Positions 25,590 through 35,028 of a stretch of 64,000 nucleotides of DNA are shown here, one piece after another (position 1 is the stretch's first letter; the number at the start of each line of letters is the position of its first letter). Origin of the DNA: Pseudomonadota bacterium. GTDB taxonomy: Bacteria; Pseudomonadota; Alphaproteobacteria; Caulobacterales; Caulobacteraceae. The position numbers and the translations under genes were made by a program. The DNA is taken from positions 6,291-70,290 of the forward strand of contig JAEYAO010000066.1 in NCBI GenBank assembly GCA_023456105.1, given 5' to 3'. The notes below the pieces were generated by a model. It saw nothing but the letters and a program-made list of their open reading frames with translations. It ran no database searches and was not told the DNA's origin.

Positions 25590-27016
25590 TGCGGGCGGCC
25601 ACGCTGGCGTCCGAGACGGACTTCGACGGCTGGCGCAAGGCCGCGCGCGCCTTTCGGTTGGAGGGGGTTGAGCCGGCGCAGGCGCGCTTCGTGGTGGAGG
25701 GGGCGGGCGAGGGCGGCCTGTTCGACGCGCCGGGGCCCGCCATCTCGGCGAGCAGGGAGTTCACCGTCTCCAAGGCCTTTGTGGACGTGGCGCGCGACGT
25801 GGCGCTGCACCGCTCAGGCGACCGTTGGGACCTGCTGTATCGGCTGCTGTGGCGGCTGAGGGATGAGCCGGACCTGATGAAGGTCGTCTCCGACCGCGAC
25901 GTGGCCGACGCGCTGGAGCGGGCCAAGAACGTCTCGCGCGCCGGGCACAAGATGAAGGCCTTTGTCCGCTTCCGCCAGGTCGAGGACGAGGGCGGCGAGG
26001 CGTGGGTCGCCTGGTTCGAGCCGGCGCACCGGGTGGTGGAGCGGACCGCGCCCTTTTTCCAGCGGCGGTTTCCGAACATGCGCTGGTCGATCCTGACGCC
26101 GGACGGCAGCGCCTTTTGGGACACGCAGGACCTGCGGTTCGGTCCGGCGGCGACGCGCGACATGGCGCCGTCCGAGGACGAGATCGAGGAGTTCTGGAAG
26201 ACCTACTACGCCTCCACCTTCAACCCCGCGCGGCTGAAGGTGAAGACCATGCAGGGCGAGATGGCGAAGCGGTACTGGAAGAACCTGCCGGAGGCCGCGC
26301 TGATCCCGGAACTGGTGGCCGCCTCGTCTGTTCGCACCGATGTCATGGTCGCCACGCCCGCCTCGGAACCCAACGCCCGCCTCGTTCGTGCGACGGCGCC
26401 GACAGTCGAGCGCGTGGCGGACGATCTGGTCGCCTCCACCCTGCCGGAGCTCGGGGAGGGGGTGCAGGGATGCCGGCGCTGCCCGCTGTGGCGTGACGCG
26501 ACGCAGGGCGTGTGCGGAGAGGGTCCTCGAGAGGCGCGGCTGATGATCGTGGGCGAACAGCCGGGCGATCAGGAGGACCTGGCCGGCAGACCCTTCGTCG
26601 GGCCGGCCGGCCGGGTGCTGGACGCCGCGCTGGAGGAGGCCGGCATCGACCGCTCGGACGTCTATGTCACCAATGCGGTGAAACACTTCAAGCACGAGCC
26701 GCGCGGCAAGCGTCGCCTGCACAAGACCCCCAACCCGGGAGAGGTCACGGCCTGTCGCTGGTGGCTGGATCAGGAGCGCGGGCTGGTGAAGCCCAGGGTG
26801 GTGCTGGCGCTGGGTGCGACAGCCGGGTTCGCCGTGTTCGGCAGGAAACCTGCGGTGACAAAGGAGCGGGGCCGACCGGTCGCCCTGTCGGACGGCGCCA
26901 CGGGGATGCTGACGGTTCACCCGTCCTATCTGCTGCGCCTGCCGGACGAGCAGGCCAGGGTGCTGGAGCGCGAGAAGTTCGTGCAGGACCTGCGGCAGGT
27001 TCGCCACAGCCTGTAA
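25589..27016 (+). CDS. DUF4130-like N-terminal domain fused to family 4 uracil-DNA glycosylase-like domain
   Basis: GEQPG and HPSYLLR UDG family 4 motifs and a Cys cluster CRRCPLW. The start overlaps the upstream stop. Confidence 0.85.
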   Translation: MRAATLASETDFDGWRKAARAFRLEGVEPAQARFVVEGAGEGGLFDAPGPAISASREFTVSKAFVDVARDVALHRSGDRWDLLYRLLWRLRDEPDLMKVVSDRDVADALERAKNVSRAGHKMKAFVRFRQVEDEGGEAWVAWFEPAHRVVERTAPFFQRRFPNMRWSILTPDGSAFWDTQDLRFGPAATRDMAPSEDEIEEFWKTYYASTFNPARLKVKTMQGEMAKRYWKNLPEAALIPELVAASSVRTDVMVATPASEPNARLVRATAPTVERVADDLVASTLPELGEGVQGCRRCPLWRDATQGVCGEGPREARLMIVGEQPGDQEDLAGRPFVGPAGRVLDAALEEAGIDRSDVYVTNAVKHFKHEPRGKRRLHKTPNPGEVTACRWWLDQERGLVKPRVVLALGATAGFAVFGRKPAVTKERGRPVALSDGATGMLTVHPSYLLRLPDEQARVLEREKFVQDLRQVRHSL

Positions 27017-27124
27017 GTCCTTGTTCGGACGACGCGAACGAAAAGGCGGGCGCTGCGTTCAGCAAGCCACGGGGACGCAAGCGCCGCCGTAGGCAACCGG
27101 GCCGTGGCTCGATAGAATGAGCGA

Positions 27125-28243
27125 ATGACCGGGGCGGATTTCGAGATCGAGGAAGCGCAGGGCGGGGCGGCCACCCTGCGGCTGAAGGGCGACTGGACCA
27201 CCACCGGTGTTGGACGAATGTCCGATCGGCTGAACGCTGATCTCCGCGGGCGCGAGATCGCGGCGCTGGACGTCAGCGAACTGGGGCGGTTCGACACGGC
27301 CGGCGCCCTGGCGCTGGCGCAGGCCTCGAAGGGCGGCGTGCCGGACGGCGCCTGGGACGCGCGGCCCGAGGCCGGGCGCATCTACAAGATGGTCGAAAAG
27401 CTCGAGCGCACCTCGACCAAGAAGCCCAGGGAAGCCGACCCCTTCACCCGCACCTTCGCCAAGGTCGGGCGCGGCGTCTACGACATCGGAGCCGAGACCA
27501 TCCTGTCGTTCGCCTTTCTGGGGCGGCTGATGACGGCGGTGGTCGCCGCCCTGAAGCATCCGGGCCGCATCCGCTGGCCCGCCTGGGTCAGCCAGGCCGA
27601 GCGCGCCGGGCTGGACGCCATGCCGATCGTGGTGGTGACCAACTTCTTCATCGGGGCGGTGATCGCCTTTATCGGCGCGGACCTGCTGACTGACTTCGGC
27701 GCGGGCGTGTTCGCCGTGCAGCTGATCGGCGTGGCCGTTTTCCGCGAGTTCGCGGTGGTGATCACGGCGGTGCTGCTGGCCGGCCGCTCGGCCTCCGCCT
27801 TCGCCGCCGAGATCGGCTCCATGCGGATGAACCAGGAGGTGGACGCCATGCAGGTCATGGGCGTCAATCCGTTTCAGGCGCTGGTCATTCCCCGCCTGGC
27901 GGCGCTGGTGGTGATGCTGCCGCTGCTGACCTTCGTGGCCATGTTGGGGGGGCTGTTCGGCGGCGCCCTGGTGTGCTGGAGCCAGCTGAACCTGGGGCCC
28001 GCCTTCTTTGTGCAGCGCTTGAACGAAGATCCCATGATGGGCCAGCACCTGATGGTCGGCCTGATCAAGGCCCCGGTGTTCGCCATCGTCATCGCCGCCA
28101 TCGGCGCGCGTCAGGGCATGGCGGTGGCCGGTGACGTCGAGAGCCTGGGCCGCCGGGTGACGGCGGCGGTGGTGCAGGCGATCTTCGCCATCATCTTCCT
28201 GGATGCGGTGTTCGCCCTGATCTTCCTGGAGCTGAACCTGTGA
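27125..28243 (+). CDS. mlaE: MlaE-family ABC transporter permease with N-terminal STAS-like domain
   Basis: About 100 aa STAS-like N-terminus, then a multi-TM MlaE-like core (GARQGMAVAGDVESLGRRVTAAVV). Confidence 0.85.
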   Translation: MTGADFEIEEAQGGAATLRLKGDWTTTGVGRMSDRLNADLRGREIAALDVSELGRFDTAGALALAQASKGGVPDGAWDARPEAGRIYKMVEKLERTSTKKPREADPFTRTFAKVGRGVYDIGAETILSFAFLGRLMTAVVAALKHPGRIRWPAWVSQAERAGLDAMPIVVVTNFFIGAVIAFIGADLLTDFGAGVFAVQLIGVAVFREFAVVITAVLLAGRSASAFAAEIGSMRMNQEVDAMQVMGVNPFQALVIPRLAALVVMLPLLTFVAMLGGLFGGALVCWSQLNLGPAFFVQRLNEDPMMGQHLMVGLIKAPVFAIVIAAIGARQGMAVAGDVESLGRRVTAAVVQAIFAIIFLDAVFALIFLELNL

Positions 28244-29055
28244 GCGACGTGCAGGACGCCCCGGCGCAGGCTCAGAAGTCCGAAGCAGGAAAACCCGAGA
28301 CCCTGATCGAGGTGCGCGGGCTGGTGAGCCGGTTTGGTGAGCGCACCATCCACGATGGGCTGGACCTGGATGTGGAACGCGGCGAGGTCCTCGGCGTGGT
28401 GGGCGGCTCGGGCACCGGCAAGACGGTGTTGCTGAACACCATTATCGGCCTGAAGGAGCCCGACGGCGGCGAAATCCGCCTGTTCGGCAACGACCGAGCG
28501 AACCTGACCAAGCAGCAGGCCGCCGACATCGAGATGCGCACCGGCGTGCTGTTCCAGCAGGGGGCGCTGTTCTCGTCGCTGAGCGTGCTCGAGAACGTGG
28601 CCTCGCCTTTGGTCGAACACACCGATCTGCCCAAAAGCCAGATCTACGAACTGGCCGAGATGAAGATCGCCATGGTGGGCCTCAAGCCCGAGGCGCGCTA
28701 TCTGAAGCCGGCCGAACTGTCCGGCGGGATGCGCAAGCGGGTCGGCCTGGCGCGCGCCCTGGCGCTGGACCCCGAGCTGCTGTTCCTCGACGAGCCGACG
28801 GCGGGTCTGGACCCGATCGGGGCGGCGGCGTTCGACGAGCTGATCCGCAACCTGTCGGACGACCTGGGGTTGACGGTCTTCATGATCACCCACGATCTCG
28901 ATAGCCTGTACGCCATCTGCGACAAGGTGGCGGTGCTGGCCGACAAGGGCATCGTCGCCAAGGCGCCGGTGCAGGAACTGGAACGATCCGACCATCCTTG
29001 GATCAAGGAATACTTCCTGGGCCCGCGCGGACGCGCCGGGCAGAAGGCCGCCTGA
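28240..29055 (+). CDS. mlaF: ABC transporter ATP-binding protein (MlaF-like)
   Basis: Walker A GGSGTGKT, signature LSGGMRKR, Walker B LLFLDEP. Confidence 0.9.
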   Translation: MSDVQDAPAQAQKSEAGKPETLIEVRGLVSRFGERTIHDGLDLDVERGEVLGVVGGSGTGKTVLLNTIIGLKEPDGGEIRLFGNDRANLTKQQAADIEMRTGVLFQQGALFSSLSVLENVASPLVEHTDLPKSQIYELAEMKIAMVGLKPEARYLKPAELSGGMRKRVGLARALALDPELLFLDEPTAGLDPIGAAAFDELIRNLSDDLGLTVFMITHDLDSLYAICDKVAVLADKGIVAKAPVQELERSDHPWIKEYFLGPRGRAGQKAA

Positions 29056-29070
29056 GGAGAGCGGATCGAA

Positions 29071-30009
29071 ATGGAAAGAGACGCCCATTACGCCGCCGTC
29101 GGCATCGCCACCGTCGCCCTTCTGGCGGCGCTGGCGGTGTTCACCATCTGGCTGGCCCGGCTGCAGTTCAACAACGACTACGACGTCTATGACATCGTCT
29201 TCTACGGACCGGTGCGCGGCCTGTCGGAGGGCGGGGAGGTGCATTTCAACGGCATCCGCGTCGGCGAGGTCACCGACCTGAACCTCGATCCGCAAAAGGG
29301 CGACCAGGTCATCGCGCGGGTTCGACTGGACGGCACCACGCCGGTGCGCGTCACCTCGCGCGCCCAGTTGGAGCCGCAGGGCATCACCGGCCTGAACTAC
29401 ATCCAGATCACCGCCGGCGCGCCCAACAGCGCCATCCTGAAGGATCAGTATCCCGACAACGTCGTGCCGGTGATCCAGTCCCAGCCGTCCCCGATCGCCG
29501 AGTTGCTGAACGGATCGGGCACGGTGCTGGCGCAGACGGTGGATCTGCTGAACCGCGCCAACCGGATCATGTCGGACGACAACATCCGCTCCTTCTCCAC
29601 CAGCGTGCGCAACGTAGAGTCGCTGACCACCGAGCTTGAGGCGCGCAAGGGCATCTTCCTGCAACTGGAGCAGGCGGTGGCGAGCGCCAATCGCGCCGTG
29701 CAGGAGTATGAACAGCTGGGCGTCGATGCGCGTCGACTGGTCAACAACGACGGCCGTCAAGCCATCGCCAACGTCAACCAGGCCACGGCGGATGCGCGCA
29801 CGGCGATCGCCTCCATCAACCGGTCGGTCAGCGGACTGGAAGGACCGGTCGGCGACTTCGCCGCCTCCAGCCTGCCGCAGCTGAGCCAGACCATTCAGGA
29901 GCTGAACGAGGCCACGCGCTCGCTGCAGCAACTGATCGACGACGTGCGCGCCAGCCCGCGCGACTTCATCGCCCGTCCCGCCTCCAAGGAACTCGAGGTC
30001 CAGCCATGA
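29071..30009 (+). CDS. mlaD: MlaD/MCE family substrate-binding protein
   Basis: N-terminal TM and an MCE domain (GLSEGGEVHFNGIRVGEV). Confidence 0.85.
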   Translation: MERDAHYAAVGIATVALLAALAVFTIWLARLQFNNDYDVYDIVFYGPVRGLSEGGEVHFNGIRVGEVTDLNLDPQKGDQVIARVRLDGTTPVRVTSRAQLEPQGITGLNYIQITAGAPNSAILKDQYPDNVVPVIQSQPSPIAELLNGSGTVLAQTVDLLNRANRIMSDDNIRSFSTSVRNVESLTTELEARKGIFLQLEQAVASANRAVQEYEQLGVDARRLVNNDGRQAIANVNQATADARTAIASINRSVSGLEGPVGDFAASSLPQLSQTIQELNEATRSLQQLIDDVRASPRDFIARPASKELEVQP

Positions 30010-30689
30010 TCGGCCGCTCCGCTCTTCGTCTCGCCGCCGTGGGCGTCGGGGCCTTGACCCTGTCGGGCTGCGCCCTTTTGTCGTCCCCTGAACCGGCGCA
30101 GCTGTATCGTTTCGGCTTCACCGTCGACGCGCCCTCGCCCGAGGGGCAGCGCCCGGCGCCGCTGTCGGTCTCCATCCGCCGGATCGAATTCCCGGACGCC
30201 GCCAAGGGCGAGCGCATCCTGGGCGTGACCGGCAACGAGACCGCCTACATCGGCGGCGCGCGCTGGGTCACGGCGGCGGAGAACCTGTTCGACGACGACC
30301 TGCGCTCGGCCTTCGCTTCGCGCGCCGACCAGATCCGCGTGCTGAACCGAGGCGAGCCCGGCACGCCGCCGTATGTGCTGCAGGTCACGGTTACGACCTT
30401 CGAGGCGCGCTATGCGCCCGGCGCCCAGAATGCGGCGCCGACGGTGGTGGTGACGGCTCGCGCACAGTTGCGAACCACGCCCGAGCGGAACAGCGGCGAG
30501 GGCGCGATCCGCCCCGAGCAGGGCGCCGCGATCGAACGCACCTTCTCCATCAGCCAGCCGGCCGCCGCCAACCGCGTATCGGCCATCGTGGACGCCTTCG
30601 ACCGCGCGTCGCGGGACCTAAACGCCCAGATCGCCGACTGGACGATCCAGTCGGCGCCGGCGTCGGTGCGGCAGGGCGTCGGCCGCTGA
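30006..30689 (+). CDS. ABC-type transport auxiliary lipoprotein
   Basis: Lipobox LSGC. It is coupled to mlaD by a 4-nt overlap and has a typical position in the cluster. Confidence 0.75.
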   Translation: MIGRSALRLAAVGVGALTLSGCALLSSPEPAQLYRFGFTVDAPSPEGQRPAPLSVSIRRIEFPDAAKGERILGVTGNETAYIGGARWVTAAENLFDDDLRSAFASRADQIRVLNRGEPGTPPYVLQVTVTTFEARYAPGAQNAAPTVVVTARAQLRTTPERNSGEGAIRPEQGAAIERTFSISQPAAANRVSAIVDAFDRASRDLNAQIADWTIQSAPASVRQGVGR

Positions 30690-30692
30690 TGG

Positions 30693-30714
30693 GGCCTGAG
30701 GCGGCGGTCAGGCC
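30693..30714. terminator. hairpin ggcctga-N8-tcaggcc between convergent operons
   Basis: 7-bp stem overlapping the scoB stop codon. No T-tract. Confidence 0.3.
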
Positions 30715-31367
30715 GCCGTCGTGACGCCCTCGGCGACGGTGTAGGCGGCTTCGGTCCGGGCGGCGACCTCGTCTAGGGTCACGCCCTCGGCCAGTTCGAT
30801 CAGCTCCAGCCCCGCGCCGTCGGGCTTGACGTCAAAGGTGGCCAGGTCGGTGATGATGCGGCTGACCACGCCCGTGCCGGTCAGGGGCAGGGTGCAGGCT
30901 TTCAGCACCTTGGACTGGCCGTGCTTGTTGGCGTGCTCCATCACCACCACCACGCGCTTGACGCCGGCGACCAGGTCCATGGCGCCGCCCATGCCCTTCA
31001 CCAGCTTGCCGGGAATCATCCAGTTGGCGATGTCGCCGTTCTCGGCCACCTCCATGGCGCCCAGGATCGACAGGTCGATGTGGCCGCCCCGGATCATGGC
31101 GAAGCTGTCGGCCGAGGAGAAATAGGCGCTCTCGGGTATTTCCGTGATCGTCTGCTTGCCGGCGTTGATCAGGTCCGGGTCCTCGTCGCCCGCATAGGGG
31201 AAGGGACCCATGCCGAGCATGCCGTTCTCGCTTTGCAGCGTCACGGTCATGCCTTCGGGGATGTAGTTGGCGACCAGGGTGGGAATGCCGATCCCCAAGT
31301 TGACGTAGAAGCCGTCGCCCAGCTCCTGAGCGGCGCGTTCGGCGAGTTGTTCGCGGGTGCGGGGCAT
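30708..31367 (-). CDS. scoB: 3-oxoacid CoA-transferase subunit B
   Basis: [10 protein letters not shown] motif containing the catalytic Glu. Confidence 0.9.
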   Translation of the reverse strand: MPRTREQLAERAAQELGDGFYVNLGIGIPTLVANYIPEGMTVTLQSENGMLGMGPFPYAGDEDPDLINAGKQTITEIPESAYFSSADSFAMIRGGHIDLSILGAMEVAENGDIANWMIPGKLVKGMGGAMDLVAGVKRVVVVMEHANKHGQSKVLKACTLPLTGTGVVSRIITDLATFDVKPDGAGLELIELAEGVTLDEVAARTEAAYTVAEGVTTAA

Positions 31368-32110
31368 TAGGCTTGCTCCTTGCGGGCTACCGCTTCGCTG
31401 CTTGAGCCTGCCGTCGCGCGGGCACGCACCGTGCGCTGCTCGATGCGCTTCTCCGGGATCGTCTTGACGATGCGGTCCACATAGACGCCGGGCGTGTGGA
31501 TGTGGTCGGGGTCGAGCGAACCGGTCGGCACGATCTCCTCGACCTCGACCACCGTGACCTTGCCGGCGGTCGCCATCATCGGGTTGAAGTTTCGGGCGGT
31601 CTTGCGGAACACCAGATTGCCGCGCTCGTCCGCCTTCCAGGCCTTGACGATGGACAGGTCGGCCTTCAGCGCCGTCTCCATGACATAGGCGCGGCCGTCG
31701 AACTCACGCACCTCCTTGGCATCCGCGACCAGGGTGCCGACGCCGGTGGCGGTGAAGAAGGCCGGGACGCCCGCGCCGCCCGCCCGGATGCGCTCGGCCA
31801 GGGTGCCCTGGGGATTGAACTCCAGCTCCAGCTCCCCGGCCAGGTACTGGCGCTCGAACTCCTTGTTCTCACCGACGTAGGAGGAGATCATCTTCCGGAT
31901 TTGCCGGGTCTGGAGCAGCAGGCCCAGGCCGAAATCGTCCACGCCCGCGTTGTTGGAGATCACCGTCAGTCCGGTGACGCCGCTGTCGCGCAAGGCCGCG
32001 ATCAGGCCTTCGGGAATGCCGCACAGGCCGAAGCCGCCCGACATGACGGTCATGCCGTCGAACGTCAGCCCGTCAAGCGCGGACCGGACGTCCGCATAGA
32101 TCTTGCCCAT
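31367..32110 (-). CDS. scoA: 3-oxoacid CoA-transferase subunit A
   Basis: [10 protein letters not shown] motif. Its stop overlaps the scoB start. Confidence 0.9.
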   Translation of the reverse strand: MGKIYADVRSALDGLTFDGMTVMSGGFGLCGIPEGLIAALRDSGVTGLTVISNNAGVDDFGLGLLLQTRQIRKMISSYVGENKEFERQYLAGELELEFNPQGTLAERIRAGGAGVPAFFTATGVGTLVADAKEVREFDGRAYVMETALKADLSIVKAWKADERGNLVFRKTARNFNPMMATAGKVTVVEVEEIVPTGSLDPDHIHTPGVYVDRIVKTIPEKRIEQRTVRARATAGSSSEAVARKEQA

Positions 32111-32274
32111 CGCACTCCCTCATCGCCGCCTGTCGCGGTCTCGATGCGCTGACTACGGCGAGGCGGCGGTTGCGACAAGGGCGGGGCGGCCAGGCGGCTC
32201 CGGTTAGCTGCGGAAAGAACATTGATCTTTCTCTGTCGGGTGTGGCAGCCTGTCGCAGGACGGAGGGTGGTGCG

Positions 32275-32736
32275 ATGAAGACGTGGATGGCGGCGGTCGT
32301 GACGGCGACCCTGATGATGGGCTCGGCCGGATCGGGGCGGGCGCAGGATGTTTCAGCCAAGCCGGCGTTCGGGCAGGCGCGGCTGTCCGCCGGCTTCGAT
32401 CCCGATCCCTACACGCGCTCGATCACGGCGGGCGGGAGCATCGACGCCTCCAAGCTGGGCGGCGACTGCGACGGCTACATCGCGGACGCGCCGGACTTCC
32501 GGCTGAACTACACCGCCGGAGACTTCGAGCTGACGATCATGGCCGTGTCCAACAGCGACACCACACTGGTCATCAACACGCCGGACGGCCAGTGGGCCTG
32601 CGATGACGACAGCGGCGGCGACGCCGATCCCGCCTTCAAGTTCGACGATCCGCAATCGGGCGTCTACGACATCTGGATCGGCGTCTACGGCGAGGCGGCT
32701 ACGGCCGAGGCGACGCTCACGATCTCTGAACGCTGA
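32275..32736 (+). CDS. secreted hypothetical protein
   Basis: Signal peptide MKTWMAAVVTATLMMGSAGSGRAQD. Start chosen at the first ATG with a signal peptide. Confidence 0.6.
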   Translation: MKTWMAAVVTATLMMGSAGSGRAQDVSAKPAFGQARLSAGFDPDPYTRSITAGGSIDASKLGGDCDGYIADAPDFRLNYTAGDFELTIMAVSNSDTTLVINTPDGQWACDDDSGGDADPAFKFDDPQSGVYDIWIGVYGEAATAEATLTISER

Positions 32737-32744
32737 AGCGGCCT

Positions 32745-33368
32745 TCAGTCGTTAGACTGCCGTTCGAGGGTGTCCAGCACCGCCTCGGGCGCCACGTCGC
32801 GCTTCAGCTCGGCGAGGTCGGGCTCCTGGGCTTCATGCACGTTCAGCTTGTTCGCGATCGCGGTCGTCAGGGCGATCAGCCGCGTCACCTCGTGCTCGGT
32901 GAGTAGATTGATCTGCAGGTCCAGCGCGGCCCGGCGGTCGGCGGCGCGCGCCGCCCGATTCTGGCTGATCAGCACGAATGTGGACAGAAAGATCGCCTCG
33001 ACGAACGCGGCCGTGGCCAGGATCACGAAGGTGCGGTCGAACGGCTCCACGCCCGGCACGGCCCCGACGTTGACGGCGACCCAGGCCGTCAGGATCGCCA
33101 GGTGAACGTAGACAAAGACCATGCTGCCGGTGAAGGCGGTGACGCCTGCGGCCAGCTTCTCCTGAAAGCCGGCGCCGGCGTCTTCTTCCTGCTGACGCGC
33201 CCGCAGCGCCTCCATGTTGCGCAGCAGCGCCGAGTTGAGGCCGGCGCCATGTTCGAACGTCGGGCTCTCGGCGGGATGGGGGTGCGGGTTCTGCGGGTCA
33301 GGCACGGGTGCGCTCGCGGGAGAAGGCGACGAGAGATGCGGATCCGCGCCTTCGCCGTATCGGCGCAC
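32745..33368 (-). CDS. DUF1003 domain membrane protein
   Basis: GSMVFVYVHL...LSTFVLISQNR...DLQINLLTEHE. The start is uncertain (33368 or 33215) because a terminator hairpin sits 8 nt upstream of 33368. Confidence 0.7.
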   Translation of the reverse strand: MRRYGEGADPHLSSPSPASAPVPDPQNPHPHPAESPTFEHGAGLNSALLRNMEALRARQQEEDAGAGFQEKLAAGVTAFTGSMVFVYVHLAILTAWVAVNVGAVPGVEPFDRTFVILATAAFVEAIFLSTFVLISQNRAARAADRRAALDLQINLLTEHEVTRLIALTTAIANKLNVHEAQEPDLAELKRDVAPEAVLDTLERQSND

Positions 33369-33375
33369 GCGCAGG

Positions 33376-33402
33376 AAAAAGGCCCCGCCGGGCGGCGGGG
33401 CC
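33376..33402 (-). terminator. rho-independent terminator after the Thr/Gly-rich lipoprotein gene
   Basis: Stem ggccccgcc / ggcggggcc with a 4-nt loop, followed on the minus strand by TTTTT. Confidence 0.7.
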
Positions 33403-33422
33403 TTGTCGCGTCTGTCGCGGGA

Positions 33423-33800
33423 TCAGCCGCCCGGACGGCTGCCGGCCGAACCCGCCGTGTCGGCCTGGCCGCTGCCGGCCGAGCCGGTAGTTCCGGCGGT
33501 TCCGGCTGCGCCCGTCGTGGTTCCGGCGGCGGCGCCCGGCGTGGTGCTGGCTGTTCCGGTCGTGCCGGTGGTCCCAGTCGTCGCGCTTGGCGTGGTCACG
33601 GTTCCCGTCGAACCGGCCATGGGCGCCGCGTTCGGGTCGGTCGGCATGGTCATGGCGCCGGTTCCGGCCATCGGGTCGGCGGTCGTCGCAGAGGTCCCGA
33701 CGCCGGCGTCGGACGCGGCGGGGGTCTCGGCGTTGTTGTCGCCGCAGGCGGCCAGCGACAAGGCTGCGGCGCAGGCGGCTAGGGTGAGGGTCGCTTTCAC
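33423..33800 (-). CDS. low-complexity Thr/Gly/Ala-rich lipoprotein
   Basis: GTG 33800 lies 6 nt after GGAGAG. Lipobox LAAC. The rest of ORF 33423..34145 is not protein-like. Confidence 0.55.
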   Translation of the reverse strand: MKATLTLAACAAALSLAACGDNNAETPAASDAGVGTSATTADPMAGTGAMTMPTDPNAAPMAGSTGTVTTPSATTGTTGTTGTASTTPGAAAGTTTGAAGTAGTTGSAGSGQADTAGSAGSRPGG

Positions 33801-33963
33801 TATGGTCTCTCCGCTCCAGTTGAGGTTGAGGAGCGTGCCGTCCCGACGCCGGTTCCACCTTGACGGGAAGGAAATCGGCCGGGTCCGATCGCAAGCGTTC
33901 CCAAAGCGCCTTTCGCCCTGCAGTCGAGTGTGAACCAGTATAGCGCAGGCGGCTTGTTGAAGG

Positions 33964-35028
33964 ATGACCATCGCCTCGCCGCCGGCCGACCTCCTCGCCC
34001 TCTCGACCGCCCAGGCGCCGCACGTCCTGTGGCAGGCGGAGGCCCTTCGGGTTGCCGAGCGGATGTTCGAGGGGCGCTTCTCCGGCTGGGAGCGCATGCG
34101 GCCGGTGTTCGACAGCGCCGGCATCGACCAGCGCCAGACGGCCATGCCTATCGACTGGTATCTGGAGCCGCGCGGCTGGACCGAGCGGACCGCCGCCTAT
34201 CTGGAGGTCGGGACCGACCTGTTCGTTGCGGCGGCGCAGGGCGCGCTGGAAGAGGCGGGGCTGAGCGGCGGCGAGGTGGACGTGATCGTCACCGTCTCGT
34301 CCACCGGCATCGCCACGCCCAGCCTGGAAGCGCGGGCGTCCGGACGGCTGGGGTTCAGGCCGGATGCGGCGCGGGTTCCGGTGTTCGGCCTGGGCTGCGC
34401 GGGCGGAGCGACGGGCTTGGCGTTGGCGGCGCGGCTGGCCGGCGCGACCCCGGGCGCGGTGGTGCTGCTGGTGGTGGTGGAGCTGTGCACCCTGTCGTTC
34501 CGCACCGATGATCTTGGTAAGGCGGACATCGTGGCGACCGCCCTGTTCGGCGACGGCGCCGCCGCCTGCGTGCTGCGCAGCGGAGGCGGAGGCGGCTTCG
34601 CCCGGATCGAGGCGAGCGCCGAGCATACCTGGCCGGACACGCTGGACGTGATGGGCTGGCGCGTCGATCCGACGGGTCTCGGCGTGATCTTCGACCGCGC
34701 GATCCCGCCGTTCGCGCGCAACCGCCTGAGGCCGGAGGTGGAGGCGATGCTGGCCGGGCAGGGGCGGACGCTGGGCGACGTCGATCGCTTCATCTGTCAT
34801 CCCGGCGGGATGAAGGTGATCGATGCGCTGGAGTCATCGCTGACGCTGGAGGTCGGATCGCTGGACCACGAACGCGCGGTTCTGCGCGACCACGGCAACA
34901 TGTCGGCGCCCACCGTACTGCATGTGCTGGATCGCGCGCGTCGGGCGGGCCTGCCGCCGCGCTCGCTGGTGCTGGCGCTCGGCCCGGGATTCACCTGCAG
35001 CACCGTGACCCTGGAGACGCTCGCATGA
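33964..35028 (+). CDS. type III polyketide synthase (chalcone/stilbene synthase family)
   Basis: Cys-His-Asn triad contexts GLGCAGGA, ICHPGG, HGNMSAPT. Confidence 0.85.
   Translation: MTIASPPADLLALSTAQAPHVLWQAEALRVAERMFEGRFSGWERMRPVFDSAGIDQRQTAMPIDWYLEPRGWTERTAAYLEVGTDLFVAAAQGALEEAGLSGGEVDVIVTVSSTGIATPSLEARASGRLGFRPDAARVPVFGLGCAGGATGLALAARLAGATPGAVVLLVVVELCTLSFRTDDLGKADIVATALFGDGAAACVLRSGGGGGFARIEASAEHTWPDTLDVMGWRVDPTGLGVIFDRAIPPFARNRLRPEVEAMLAGQGRTLGDVDRFICHPGGMKVIDALESSLTLEVGSLDHERAVLRDHGNMSAPTVLHVLDRARRAGLPPRSLVLALGPGFTCSTVTLETLA

Noticed and set aside
27023-27039. GTTCG-N7-CGAAC downstream of the UDG-like gene as a second SOS box.
   Set aside because: It is an inverted repeat, not the direct GTTC-N7-GTTC repeat used by alphaproteobacterial LexA. 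It is more likely a weak hairpin after the operon.
33801-33963. EcfG-type promoter for the Thr/Gly-rich lipoprotein gene (GGAAC-N16-CGCT on the minus strand) or for the type III PKS gene.
   Set aside because: The -10 element deviates (CGCT), and no acceptable spacing exists for the plus-strand gene. This is too weak to report as a feature.
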